A stretch of DNA of 62,970 bases, the filler included, from Gonapodya sp. JEL0774 (taxonomy: Eukaryota), in the NCBI GenBank assembly GCA_027604505.1. It is 9 parts of 9 records of this genome, joined end to end, with 100 filler letters (N's around TTAATTAATTAA, not from the genome) between each part and the next. Parts side by side here need not be neighbours in the genome. Positions count along the whole stretch, not along the records: positions 21,105 to 28,018 come from JADIIX010000550.1; positions 28,119 to 35,026 come from JADIIX010000551.1; positions 35,127 to 42,032 come from JADIIX010000552.1; 6 more parts are not named here. One strand, 5' to 3'. The position numbers and the translations under genes are program-made. A model generated the notes under the pieces. That model saw nothing but the letters and a program-made list of their open reading frames with translations. It searched no databases and was not told where the DNA came from. Positions 23,103 to 37,210 of the stretch are shown piece by piece (positions within the stretch are counted from its first letter, which is position 1; each line of letters starts with the position of its first letter).

Positions 23103-25883
23103 TTACATAAACATTCGGGCATTGTCTTTCACGAATTTCTCGGTGAACCCGTCACACGCCGTGATTTCAAACACCCTCCCGTACAACGTCACGTCCTTGC
23201 CCACCGCAAAGTCTTTTGCTCCATAGTACTCCACGCTGGCATCTTCGATGCTCGGCTCACCCGATCCGGAACCTGACGGCGGGATGGGCCGTTTGGGAAC
23301 GCGCGCCCGTTTGAGGAAGCGGCCAGAAGACATGCCAGATGCTTGGGTGGTTTCGTCGACGGAGATTGTCTCGTCCTGCATTGAGTGGTTCAAAAACAAC
23401 GAGTCAAAATGTGACTTTGAATGCAAGAGCGACCCTGGACACATCGCGATAGCTCACCTGCATGTACAGTCCCAGAACAAACTCCCTTCCTTTGTCCACC
23501 TGCCTATCACTCCTCAATCTCGCTCTCCACCTCAACACCGTTGTGTCGTATTTCGCGAAACGTTCGAAATCCTTCCGGTGCGGACGGGGAACGAGAGGTG
23601 GTGCGGGTGCCGAAGTGACGACGTTGTGGGATGTGTGTGGATCATCGATGTGGATGGGAGTGAAGTCGGTGAGTCCGTACTTGTCGGCGTAGTATTCCTA
23701 GTGCAGGTGCGATGGGTCAGAGGTTTGATCACGCGAGGGAGGACTTGGAAGGGAGAACTCACTTTAGTGAACTCATCGCAGTCTACGAGCATGAATCTGA
23801 AAATGAACGACATCATTCGCAAAGTTCGAGGGAATTGATGCCAAGTTGAAAACAACTCACGGTCTCCCATAAATATGCACCACCGCCCCGATCTGCAGGT
23901 CACCTTCTCCATAATACACCTGATTCCCAGTGCCACCAACACCCATCACCACTTTGACGGCCCTCTTCGCCACCTTGCCCCTCTTCAAGAACACCCTTCC
24001 TGTGCCTTTGCCCTTTTCTCCCTGCGCCGTCCTCACCTCAAGTTCCTCCGTCGCCAAGTAGTAATGCACCACCATGTGCCTCAGTTCCCCACCAGATGAG
24101 CTCGCGCCGGAATTCGCACCGGTACTTCCCCGGTCATCCCACGTTGCGTAGAACCGCAGTACTCGGCGGTCGTTCTCGAGGAAGGTTTTGAGCGAAGTGT
24201 GGGGAGGACAGGGGCGGGTGGCTTTGAGACGGGATTGGAGTTCCGCACGGACGAGTGTGTACTAGGTGTGGAAAAGATGGGGTAGGAGCGGATGGGAGGA
24301 GTTGTTTTCGGCTGGAGACACGGTGGACCGGAAGCACGGGTGGGGAGCAACTTACGGGGTCTGGTGGGCTGTCCGTGTTTTCAGGAACCGTGAGGTTCAG
24401 CGCGGTGAGGAATTCCTGTAAAAGAGGTTCAAATGCAGTGTAAATGACGAGAACATCTTTTCATCTATAGGCAGTGAGTATCCGAGTGAGCGATGTAACA
24501 GGGTTGATCCCCTCATTCTACCGATGGGGAGGGACCATCACCTATGTTTGTCCGCAAAACGCAGAGAAACCGCGTAGCACATAATATCTTAGCCACGGAA
24601 GAGCCACGATCACGCTCATGATTATGCCCATGATCGGGAACCACGGCATTGCCAGATAAGCCAGTACCCTCCTTTCCCCGATCCGATCATCCCAGCAGCA
24701 GAGAAGCGCGATCACGGTCAAAGACTTGTTGAAGCAGGGAAGAAACACCTGTTCTAACAGTTTCGAGCGATTGGCTGGAACGTAGTTGCTTCTGATTCCT
24801 TCCTATATTCTTTCATAGCAGCAAAGCAAACCTCCTCAAATTTTCGAGAGATTCGGCCAAGCGACACTATCCGAATTCGCTCCTCCCGTTTGATCCGTGG
24901 TCGCCTCTGCTCCCGACCAGCAGCCGTCCACACAAGCGCAAAACTTGCGTTCGTATTGTTCTATTTCAAGAGAGGACCCGTTTACTCACCCTCGTAAATC
25001 CATCACACCCTACGATCTTGAAGGTTCTAGCGTACAGAGTGACCTCTTTGCCGACGTTGAGATCCGTGATCGTGTGGTGTTGGCCATCCTCTGTGTTTGG
25101 CAGAGGAATTCTGTGCCTACGAATGAGGGTGCCCTGCATGAGGCCAGAGTTGTTGGCGCGAGGCTCGGTGACTTGAATGGTGTCGTCTTCAAGGTAGAAG
25201 TAGATGTTGACCCTTCGCCGTGGGAAGACGGCGGAATACAATTGCACGTTTGAGGTCCAAGGACAGATGCTGTTCCGTTGCGTTCGAATGAGAAATCTCA
25301 CTTGCGAATCCTGTGTTGTTCTTCTCTTCGCTCTTGGACGGCTTCCTGGAAGAAACCGTAGAACCTGAGCACCTTCCTATCGAATGCCACCCACGCGGGA
25401 ACAGTCTGAGCAAGAGATTGACATCATCAAGTTCGGTACGTTGTCGATAGTATGGCAGTGTGCGTAATCTGTGAACTCACCTCGGACGCGTCAGCCTTTG
25501 GGTAGACCTCCAAAGAGGTCTTAATCTTTGTAACGTTCTGACCAGGAATATCTTCACCACCTGTCAAGTTTGCCGAATGCAAGGTACCGTGTTCACATGA
25601 CCGTTCTATCCTTCCCACTCGAAATCTGTACACATCCATTGAACCCTCAGGGACACCCACCAATGCCCGGCTTCCCCTCCACATACACAGACACGCCATT
25701 CTTAACATCAAACGCATGACTCTTCCTGTAGTTTTGTTCCACGACCTTCCCGTCCGCCGAAGCCGTTCTGTGCGCCAGCGAGCGCGAAAAGTCTGTTCCC
25801 GGTAGGAACGGCAGATGCTTCGCCAGATCGATAAGCGATGCAGACGAGTCAGAGAGTGCGATGCGTGGGTTTGATGGAGACAT
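23103..25883 (-). CDS. EFHC1: Axonemal DM10-domain protein, EFHC1/EFHC2/Rib72 family (three DM10 domains)
   Basis: LPFLPG; PAWVAFDRKVLRFYGFFQEAV; IYFYLEDDTIQVTEPRANNSGLMQGTLIRRHRIP; FLENDRRVLRFYATWDD; SGRFLKRARVPK..DFAVGKDVTLYGRVFEITACDGFT. No EF-hand tail is visible. EFHC1 versus EFHC2 is not resolved. Confidence 0.93.
24491..24726 (-). ncRNA. Candidate intron-encoded structured RNA (H/ACA-like)
   Basis: Lies inside a 574-nt intron (24416-24989). Contains a 14-bp helix CCGTGATCGCGCTT/GAGCGTGATCGTGG with G-U pairs on the host strand, an inner ATGATCGG/CCGATCAT helix, an ANANNA match (ATATTA) and two further hairpins each followed by ACA. Confidence 0.4.
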
Positions 25884-26056
25884 GGTGGAAGTATGGGGCT
25901 GTTTGAGTGATGGATGGATCGGTTGATCGGGTTTGATCGGTGTGGCCTCAGCCGTGACCAAAGCAGCGGGCAGGATCCATTTCTAAGGAGATTTTTATTT
26001 TTCCGCGGTTCTTTCCGTGCGCGAAATTTGCGTATTGGCAATAGATAACAGCCCCA

Positions 26057-28018
<1,962 letters not shown>

Positions 28019-28118
28019 NNNNNNNNNNNNNNNNNNNNNNNNNNNNNNNNNNNNNNNNNNNNTTAATTAATTAANNNNNNNNNNNNNNNNNNNNNNNNNN
28101 NNNNNNNNNNNNNNNNNN
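28019..28118. other. Artificial contig spacer
   Basis: N44-TTAATTAATTAA-N44. Confidence 0.99.
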
Positions 28119-28499
28119 TGCCTCTGACTATCCGACTTCTATTCATTACCAACAGCTGTTCCAGGGCGCCGTGCCCCACCACCGGGAGGATATAGCTTGC
28201 AGTCATCCCGCCGGCCCCGACGAATGGCAGCCGGTTACAGTGGCCCTCCGAGCCCGACGAGTGGTGGTTCGGGGTCCGGATCTAATTGTGAGTTCCTCCG
28301 TTTTAACTCGAGAGCTACACAGTCGAACAAACCCATATTCTCTCATTCTCTGTTGAAAAAAGCGGACTCTGACACTCCCTACAGAAGTTCCTTGGCCCGA
28401 AGTGCAGCTGCCCAGGCCGCGGAGCAAGGGCGGCCTCTCAAAAGACCATACGTACCCCGCACCAAACTCGCTGACTCTCTCGCTTCTCCGTCTGCGTAG
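28119..28499 (+). CDS. Probable last exons of an unknown low-complexity protein
   Basis: GC-rich S/G/P/R frame with a GTGAGT intron, ending LASPSA* before AT-rich sequence. No recognisable domain. Confidence 0.35.
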
Positions 28500-29062
28500 C
28501 ACCATGCTTATGCAATTCTCACCTCCTTCGTATTTTTAGTCGCTTCCAATTTTGTCGCATAATCGTACAAAATTTTGTTTTATTTTATCGTAATCATAAC
28601 TCGGACCAACGTCATAGATATATTAACATTTGTGCTCAGCGAGCAGAATCCGATATTTGGATGTGTGGCTAGTGCAAGTATGTTGCAACCACAACCATAA
28701 TCCTCCAAGTGCATGTACTAGAATTATCTCATCATGGCAAAACTCTCCCGGCGGCCGGTGTCAGACAACATGAGGAACACATCTTTCGCAAATTGAGGGA
28801 TCAACGAGTCGACAACCAGGGTTTGGACTATTCCTATCAAGCGTTACAAGCCAGCAGTAGCTACAAAGTTCATGGCTTAGGCACCAATAATCACAATTCA
28901 CACTCAGAGGGCGAGTTCAACGTCACGTAAGTCATGGCTTCTTCACGACTCAGTATTGTCAAATCCACTTCTTACGTTACCAATAGCTTGATTTATCCTG
29001 ATATTCAGCCCGTTCCAACTACTGGCTACTGTTATTTCTCCACATTGTCCACGCTCGCATGA

Positions 29063-30412
29063 TCACAGCTCCCGCCCAACAACCTTCACTGTACGGCTTC
29101 CGTCCCATCCCCACAGAATTTCTTGCAGACCCATGTCATTGTTTCTTTGTGCGCCTTGCAGGGTCTTTTTGATCATGAGATCCCGAAAGATTTCAGCAGC
29201 ATCGGCATTGGGTTGCAATTTTATCGCACATCCGATGGGTACGGCTCTCAAAAGTTCCATCAAGACGCTCCTAACATACTTCAATGCAGCGTCCGTTTCA
29301 TGCGACTCAAATAAGATGTCGAGGTTGACGACCAGGCATCTTAGAGAAGGGAGCAAGCCCATGAGCTGCTCGATGATGATCCCAAGTTCGTGTTCATCGT
29401 GACTATTTGGCTCGAAATTTCTACCTCTCAGCTGGATCTGCATGTGCAGCGTTTGCACTGCTGCCGAGGGTTGACATTGCCAATCAGGTGGCAACTGACT
29501 CTCCGGCTGATGCTCCAACGGTAGCTTCAAAACCAGTTTTCCCAATTCCCGGAGATTTGGAAAGCAAAGTGGGGCTCGCAGGATGGCTTTAAACAGCTCA
29601 ACTTGTTTTTGAAAAGACGAAATAAGTGGGCTATAGATCAGGAATGTGGTAATGCGATCCCGATGAGTCCTTAAAACAAGGGATTGCGTCCGATCCAGCA
29701 ATTCAGGAAAGTACTCTAGCATGGATATTGTGAATCCTGAGAGCGAGGACACTGATGGGAACTGCTCGAGTGCACATTGGATCCGCGCAAAACATTCGTT
29801 TGGGTTTTGGCCTAGAATACCGCTGATTTTGGTCACAGTGGTCATCACTCGGTCTTCGTGAATGTTCGCCAAGGAGACCCTGTCTCTTGCGTTGGCGAAT
29901 ATTGCTAACGCACGGACCCTGTTTTCGACGACAAAGTCCCGCAACGTCCGTAGCGACATAATATCACCAGCAAAGCTCGTTGGCGCGACCTTTTTCACAA
30001 TGATTGAGCGTCGCAACCGTGGTTCGAGAAGTAGGAACTTGGGCCTCTGCCTACACCACTCCAGCAACGTTTCCTCAATCGAACGACGCAAATCAGCCAC
30101 CGTCTCCCACCATGACGTTATTGTAACATTAGCTGAAAGGGTAGTCCAGATCAGGCTCCCTGATGTTGTCTGCAACACATCGTACTCGTTGATGTGGAGG
30201 AACATTGTTGCATGATTGTCATTGGCTAACTGCCGCCGTTTCGTCACATTGACGTCACAGGCAACGGCGATATCGTTGTCAGAGCATCCTGGTATGGCAC
30301 CTAAGGCCGCATTGCGAAACTCCCGTGACAGGAGGGGAATTATGGAGTAGAAAGTTCTCGGAGGGAGGAGACGAAAGACTCGGAGAAGGACCTCAAGAGG
30401 GAGTGAGTCCAT
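29063..30412 (-). CDS. F-box-like protein with degenerate LRRs (lineage-expanded family)
   Basis: MDSLPLEVLLRVFRLLPPRTFYSIIPLLSREFR in an intronless ~450-aa ORF. Clear paralogue at 38835-40216. Confidence 0.75.
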   Translation of the reverse strand: MDSLPLEVLLRVFRLLPPRTFYSIIPLLSREFRNAALGAIPGCSDNDIAVACDVNVTKRRQLANDNHATMFLHINEYDVLQTTSGSLIWTTLSANVTITSWWETVADLRRSIEETLLEWCRQRPKFLLLEPRLRRSIIVKKVAPTSFAGDIMSLRTLRDFVVENRVRALAIFANARDRVSLANIHEDRVMTTVTKISGILGQNPNECFARIQCALEQFPSVSSLSGFTISMLEYFPELLDRTQSLVLRTHRDRITTFLIYSPLISSFQKQVELFKAILRAPLCFPNLRELGKLVLKLPLEHQPESQLPPDWQCQPSAAVQTLHMQIQLRGRNFEPNSHDEHELGIIIEQLMGLLPSLRCLVVNLDILFESHETDAALKYVRSVLMELLRAVPIGCAIKLQPNADAAEIFRDLMIKKTLQGAQRNNDMGLQEILWGWDGSRTVKVVGREL

Positions 30413-30791
30413 TGAAGGAGGCTTGTACAAGTATGTCGAGCACGAGTTGTGGGTCGATGCAATACCAGAACGACGGCAAACTTTCTATGTTCTGAGTGTT
30501 GGGTGTCCTTGATCTGTCGGCCAAAGCAAGTCCCCTTTCGCGCCACATTCACCCCACCCTTTCTTGTGCGGTTCTTGCCATCAGAAACAGGGACCGGGAC
30601 GTTTTTCTTATTGGACTTGCTGACAAGAGATCGTCCCGAGGGCAGGTCGCTGTTCGTTGTGTCTCAGCATGAAAGATGCGTGAGTTTCTGACATATCTTA
30701 ACACATCACAAGAATAAGCTTGCTCATGCTACTCCGGTCATACACCTCATAAGGTGCTACACAATTTGTCTTCGTGATGGTGTATTCCCTC

Positions 30792-32275
30792 ATGGGGAAC
30801 CTCCTCCAGGGTAACGAGGGTGCATCGGCTGGTGAGAGAAGCTAATGACTCCAGCGAGGTGCTCGCCGTTGTCCTGCTGAAGCTTTGCGAGAGGTGCACA
30901 TTCAACCGGTTACATCATCTCGCATGATGGCATCTAGATTCTGGTGATCGACATTTTCATCTCTCCAAGCGTTTGATATCGTGCAGTCAAGACAGTCAAT
31001 GTGGGATCGCAAACACTGCCCTACAGGAAGTCTATCGGTACTGCGCCAACAGCACGTGTCATGTTGGCTGTATTGATGGGTATGTGCCAAGCTCGGGCAT
31101 TTTCCCGTCGTCCGAGGCAGCCGGAAGCTCACATGCAACAAATTTGGAAACCCACTTCTTATCCCATACCGGAAGATACTATGAATGCGACTATAATTGG
31201 TGCACAAATGGTGAGGTCTTAGTCACTGATGTGATCTAATTGAAACGATGTTATCTAATCTTCTGGAGTTATCTGAGCAAGCTCCTGGAGGTTGTTCCAC
31301 CACTCAACCCGGTGTCGGACAAGGTTCTGGGTACAATCCGGATGGCTCCCCCGTCTCCAGTAAGCGCCTATCAAGGAGCCTTTTGCATGCACGAGGATCC
31401 TTCAATTGCCTCACCGAATGTCCTTAGGCGCGGTTTCGTCAATGATAACCGCCACCGCAACAAGTCCCTCTCCAGAGCTACTTCCAAGCAGCTACAACGT
31501 CTCTACGTCCTCTACCTCTACCATTCAAACTCTAACTCCGATGAGTGAGACGACTACCCCAATATTTAGCCAAACATTTCCCGTGGTGACCCAAATCACT
31601 TCGAGCACCTTTGCGGAGTCCCCTGTTTCAACACCCTATTTATCAAGTACACCAACTGATCTAGGTGTGCATATTTTTCCTAGTGTTTGTGCCTTGCACC
31701 GGCTCTGCCGTGTGTGCATGGCCTGTTAATCATGCCCGGTTCCCGGATTTTTCCGACTGTCGTTACACAGCTCCCCCATCTACAGTCGCCGCGAGTTTCG
31801 CCTCCAATTCAACTACAGGGTCATCTATGTCTTATACCATGATATTTGGGATTGTCATCGGATGCTTTTGTGTAAGCCAACAGCCGGTCCTCACAGATGA
31901 AAGATGGCCACTCATTTAATCGCTGTTCCACAGGCGCTCGTGATTGCAGCCTTTATTATTTATCGCGCTCGAGATATTCGGAGGGAGCGCGTCTCGGCCG
32001 CAGCCGAGACTGTGGAGGGAGTGCATTTGGCAACCCGAGCGCCTGTGCAACACATCGCAGTTCCGGTCCAGCAGCAAGGAGAGAGTCTATCACCAGTCAC
32101 ACCGCTCACACCGTACTCTTACCAGTTTCCTGGTGATGACAGAACACCTGGGCGGATGACAGCGAGCATGGAGAGGTCCAGAGCAACTAGCCGGCCGGCC
32201 ATGCGTACTGCATATTTATTGGATAGCCCACCATCAGCATCGCCCGAGTACCATTTTCAAACACGAGACTACTAA
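30792..32275 (+). CDS. Type I membrane protein: Cys-rich domain, S/T stalk, TM helix, cytoplasmic tail
   Basis: SCSQDSQCG..LQEVYRYCANSTCHVGCIDG|YYECDYNWCTN|GC, an S/T-rich stalk, and TM IFGIVIGCFC|ALVIAAFIIY followed by basic residues. Start is uncertain. Confidence 0.65.
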
Positions 32276-32710
32276 AGGCTACTTATCTGGATAAGCTAAC
32301 CTGACGTGTCATGCCGGGACGTTCTTGGTCTTCATAGATCCTGCTTTTCAAGAAAAATCAATGACCAGTTCCAACATTAGACTCATATAAAGTAGTATAT
32401 AGCTCTCACATTTGTATGTGTATGAATACTTGCACGGAAAATGGTAAAGTCATTTTTTACCTGTCGAGTGGTAGCTCCGTCTCTGCAAGCATAGATGGTA
32501 ACACAATTAGGAGTCCAGACAAACTGGCTATTCACCTAGAATCATCGTGTAGTCATTTAGGCGTGCATTGCGGCCGAGTAACCGCGGTCACTGTTCATAC
32601 AAATCCCTGGCGCGCCAGCTGTCCCTTTCAGCAACATCAAAGTCACCCTCGTCAAAGAATCACGATGATCGACTATAACCGCTCAATGAATACGAGAAAG
32701 AATCAGAGAA

Positions 32711-34426
32711 ATGAAGCTCCTCTCAGAAGATGTGTTCTCGGCAGCGGGCTGTTTGCTGCAGGTGACTCCCTCGTCAAGTCCCAACGCGTGATTGACGCCG
32801 GCGCTGTTTCATTTCCGGGACTGATTGTAACGTTTTCCGACCTGTAACAAATTGTCAGGGCTAGCGATGCTGATAACCGCTACGCTTTCCCCTGCTATCT
32901 TCGCTTGTGAGTTTGTCTCCGAACTCCATGAACCACGAATGTGTTCCTGATCCCCCATGCACCTCTTGTGCCTCCCATCAGCTCCCGTTTCTCGTCACCT
33001 GTACAAACGCGAGAGCTGTACAATTGACAGCGTCTGTGGCGAACCGAGGGCGGCACTCAATGAAATTCGGCGATATTGCGGAGCGGACCACTGGTGTCAT
33101 TCACAATGCGCGACAGGGTAGGTCTGCGAGCTTCAAGTTCGGAATATGACGGGAAGTGAACATATTCTATGAATCTAGCTACTGGGAGTGTAACTACAAC
33201 TGGTGCTCGAACGGTGAGCGCTTCATGTAACGTCTTTCGAATGTAAGATGGCACGCTCAAGACACCGAACTACACATCCTCTCAGACCCGGCAGGGTGCC
33301 TAGTGGCTACCCCTCTACCTGGGCAAGGCCACTCGTATGGCCCCGACGGATTGCTGATACCGGGTGAGTAAACTTTCCTCGTTGATGCAATTATTCCATT
33401 TCCACCTTGAACTAACCTCCGAACCTCAAGGCTCCATTCCCGCACCCGGGCGGGTCCCCAGCACGGCTACCAGCGGACTAGAGGACTTTTCCGCCACGAC
33501 TGCAGCAGTCACAAAGGGAATCTTTAATGCGACAGCACTCATGCCAACGGTGACACCAGTAACGCCGAACACTGCCATAACTCAATCTTTGATCGCGATT
33601 CCAAGTGCGACCTCCGCAGCGCTCGGAACGGGAATTGTTTCCGGTGGTGGAGGAGCTGCTCCGTCAGGTGTAGCAGCCAGCACAGCTGGATTCACGAGTG
33701 GGCTCGTCAGCGGATCTGCAGGCGTTGTGACACAAGTCAATCCGGGACCAGACTTCACGCTGCCAGTAGCCGTAACTACAGGACCAGCTTCTAAAGAAGT
33801 CGCAGGTGCTGGTGGGTCAACAAGCACCTCATCCAACAGTATCTCCACGGGAGCGACAGCCACCGGTTTGTGTGGCGCCAATATGTTTATACGCAACTAC
33901 TGCACTAACCAAGCGAACGATTTCTGAACGATTTCTATACTTGGACTTGCATCAGTCACGTCGACGGCAGACATTGCCGCAGGAGCTTCCGGGTCATCTG
34001 CAGGTGCCGTGACAAGTGGACCAGATCAAGGTGGGGATCGGGGGCTATCTGGTGGGAGCATTGGAGGTACGAAATTGCACGATTGTGTAAGGCTCGGATG
34101 TTCCGATTAGCGAACCTTCCTTGTTGTTATTCTTGTGCCGCGCGTTGATTCCCCACAGGAATTGTTGTTGCGGTTTTGGCGGTGCGTTTTCGAGATTCTT
34201 GAACAATCACGCTGTGATCTTGTTCCCTTACACTCACGGCATTGTTCGATAGGCACTTGGTATCTGCTGCTGTTGCGCGATTTTCCTACGGGATCGCCGA
34301 CGCAAGCAGCGCGAGGCCGAATTCGATCGCGCTGCTGCAGCTGCGTCTCGCGTTAAGGAAATACCGGGACCGATTGATTCTCGGCCCGATATGGCCAGGC
34401 CGTCCGCTGCCAGGTTATCCAGATGA
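32711..34426 (+). CDS. Tandem paralogue of the preceding type I membrane protein
   Basis: Signal-like N-terminus; ESCTIDSVCGEPRAALNEIRRYCGADHWCHSQCATG|YWECNYNWCSN|GC; S/T/A/G stalk; TM GIVVAVLA|ALGICCCCAIFL followed by RDRRRK. Confidence 0.65.
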
Positions 34427-35026
34427 GCTTATCACCGTGATTCTTGCACCATGCATATGCGACGATGAGTCTCATCAAGAAGTTACCTGTTATCTTGTTC
34501 AATTTAGCCACGGATCCAGTCAGAGAACACACGGATTGAAGGGTAATGGTCCTCAAGCAAAGTTATAGAACACTTACATACTAATTGCAACTGTAAAGTA
34601 TAACACTGTGGACTTTGACATAGAGGTGCAGGTGTGTTCTGGACGATGCTCATTATGCATAAAACGGAAGTGGTTGGGGAAGCTCCAAATCCTGGACAAC
34701 AGACTGAACCTCCGTCGTTGATTTCCTTATTCACCGCTCCTGACGGGGATGGAATACAAGAATCCGTGACACGCGCCTCACTCAGTGCCCAGTCCCTCGA
34801 TTGAAAACCGCCAAAACGGGTCATCCCTGCATCCGGGTACAGCAAGAGTCCCTCACGGCTGCATCGAGTATTCGGGAATTTCTCGATTGTTATCAGTCGG
34901 ACAGTTGAGGATGGCGCCAGGACGTGGATTGAAGCGTGAGTGGGAGTCGCGGTCTCCACGAAAATGCGTGTGGCTGCACTTTGAGTCGCGAGGAATAACC
35001 GCAACTGACAATCCTGCCCTCATTTC

Positions 35027-35126
35027 NNNNNNNNNNNNNNNNNNNNNNNNNNNNNNNNNNNNNNNNNNNNTTAATTAATTAANNNNNNNNNNNNNNNNNN
35101 NNNNNNNNNNNNNNNNNNNNNNNNNN
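35027..35126. other. Artificial contig spacer
   Basis: N44-TTAATTAATTAA-N44. Confidence 0.99.
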
Positions 35127-36662
35127 TTGCCTCCTTTTGTGGCGATGTTGAAATCTTCCTTGAGAATACGCCAATCACGTTCTGCCATTTGGGAGAGGGG
35201 TTTGTCGGACCAGTGGCGGTCATGGAAGGCTTTCTTGGCGTCTTGTTTCTTCTCAAGATCAAGGAGCTCTCTAGGGTTCGAAAGTGTACGTGGATCACAA
35301 ACGACAACACATCAAGGAACAAAGAGTCGCATCAACGCAACGTACGTGACTCTTTCCTTTTCACCCTCTGTCATCCTCCTCTCCACCAGCTCCTCCCAAA
35401 ACTTTCCTCTCTGCTCTCTCTGCAGCTTAGGATCCACCCCAGCGATGGTACCTCTTCCGAACAACAAACCCTCTCTCCTCTTTGCATAAAGAGGATCTTT
35501 ATCAATCGACGTGTCCTCCCCAGCATCCCAATCGAACACAAACTTTCGCTCGTTCGCCTTGCGTAACTTTCGGCGCTTCTTTTCCGCACCCATGTATCTC
35601 GCCCGGGTAGCCTCAACAGTCAGCTCCTTGAGCTTTCCTTCGTCCAAATCTTCGGGTGCGGAGTCACGGTCGTCCACGTCCATGGAATCCTGGTAGTCCC
35701 GTCGGCCATTGGCAGCTCCTCGGCTATCCCGTGGATCTGGAGGACGGCGCGAATCAGAGCCACGAGGAAAATCACGGCGCTCATCTCGAAAACGACCACC
35801 GCCGGGGTACCTGTCGTCGTATCGGGAGTCAAAACGAGCACGGTCTGTGCGACGGGAACGCATGTTAACCACAGCCCATGTGTGATCCATAGTCTAGAAG
35901 GTGAATATCGGTAGAGAACTCACTGCTCAATTCTTCTGCTTGTTTCAAAAACTCCATCCTGTGCTTTCGTTCTTCCTCCTGTCGTTGTTTCTCAGCTTCC
36001 ACCTCCTGTTGCCGACGCTCAATAGCAAGCTGGGCGCGCTCCTCTTTGGTAAGAAACTTTGGCTGTGCGAGCCACGGCAGTGAAATAAGTTGCGAGGCTT
36101 CATTTATTGTAGAGACTGAACGAACCTTGTCTGTCGCGGATTTCTCCTCCGTCTTTTTGGCTAAGATCTCTTCAAGCGAAAGGGGGACCCTCTTGACTGG
36201 CGGAGGGGCTGGAATGAGTTCGTCCGGAGGCGGTGGCGGCAGGGGAGGCGGTGGAGGACCGTCAAGTGCTTCGGGATTGGGTGGATGTCCATTCCGGTCG
36301 TCCAATTCCATGGGACCGAGGCCATGTCGTCCATTTCCTACACCATTGGGTGGTGCTCTGTAGTCCCGTCCTCCGCCATAGGCAGGGCCGTCCCGGCGAT
36401 CCCGTTCATCTCGACCTGCAGGTGGTGGGTAAGGTCGTTCCCTGGCATCTCGCTGATCCCATTGTCCGCGCGGAGGAGGTCCACCACCAGGGCCCCACCC
36501 TCGCTCGCGCTCACGGTCCTCGGCCGTGTAACCACGCGGAGGTCCCCCATACCCTCTTCCACGTCCAAACCCTCCGCCGGGTCCCCAGCCACCACCTCGT
36601 CCGCCACGTCCAAAGCCCCGCGGCCCCTGTTCTCGCTCGTCGTAGAAACGACCGTTTTCCAT
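35127..36662 (-). CDS. PRP28: Spliceosomal DEAD-box helicase Prp28/DDX23, N-terminal half; 3' truncated
   Basis: [46 protein letters not shown] and [30 protein letters not shown]. Confidence 0.95.
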
Positions 36663-37210
36663 CGTCCGACTCTGTGATTTTCGAAGATGCGCAGTTCCGG
36701 TAAGACGGCACAAATGATACAAGATTGATGGCATCGCGTGAATCACTTTTGCAGTTCAAATTACGTTTGCAGTTCTTCTCCGAAACTGCATCTGGCAGAA
36801 TGAGGTCCAGATACCACAATTTGGTTGATCTTCTTTTCAAAAATGTAAGGGCGTTATATGCTCATGCCAGCTTTTGCTTACTTGTGAAGTATGAATCCGT
36901 TATTTCCATCGCTTGAATCTCTTTCTCAGAGTCCTATGTTGTCTTCTGAAAAGCTCATATCCAATTGTAGCAGTAGACGAGCGCACCAAAGCATCATGTT
37001 GGGTGGTGCAAGGACTGATCGAGCAGCACTGCACAGTGGCATCACTCCACTATCAATTCCATCCTGGCTCCCGCTCCGCGCCTTCACCTTGTGGCATCGC
37101 ACCTTCCCATACCCGTGCACCGCGCCGGATTCTTCCTGAGGAGCGCGAGAAGCACTGACAGCGGCTGGCGGAATCCGGTTCACAACACGACAAGTTCCAT
37201 CACTGCAGGG

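Noticed and set aside
24830..24880. U12/U2 snRNA-like words in the EFHC intron
   Set aside because: Only short word matches; the conserved 5' branch-point-pairing regions are absent.
34504..35026. 166-aa minus-strand ORF at the contig end (similar fragments at 6500-6941 and 14079-14560)
   Set aside because: These may be truncated exons, but no family or reliable frame could be assigned.
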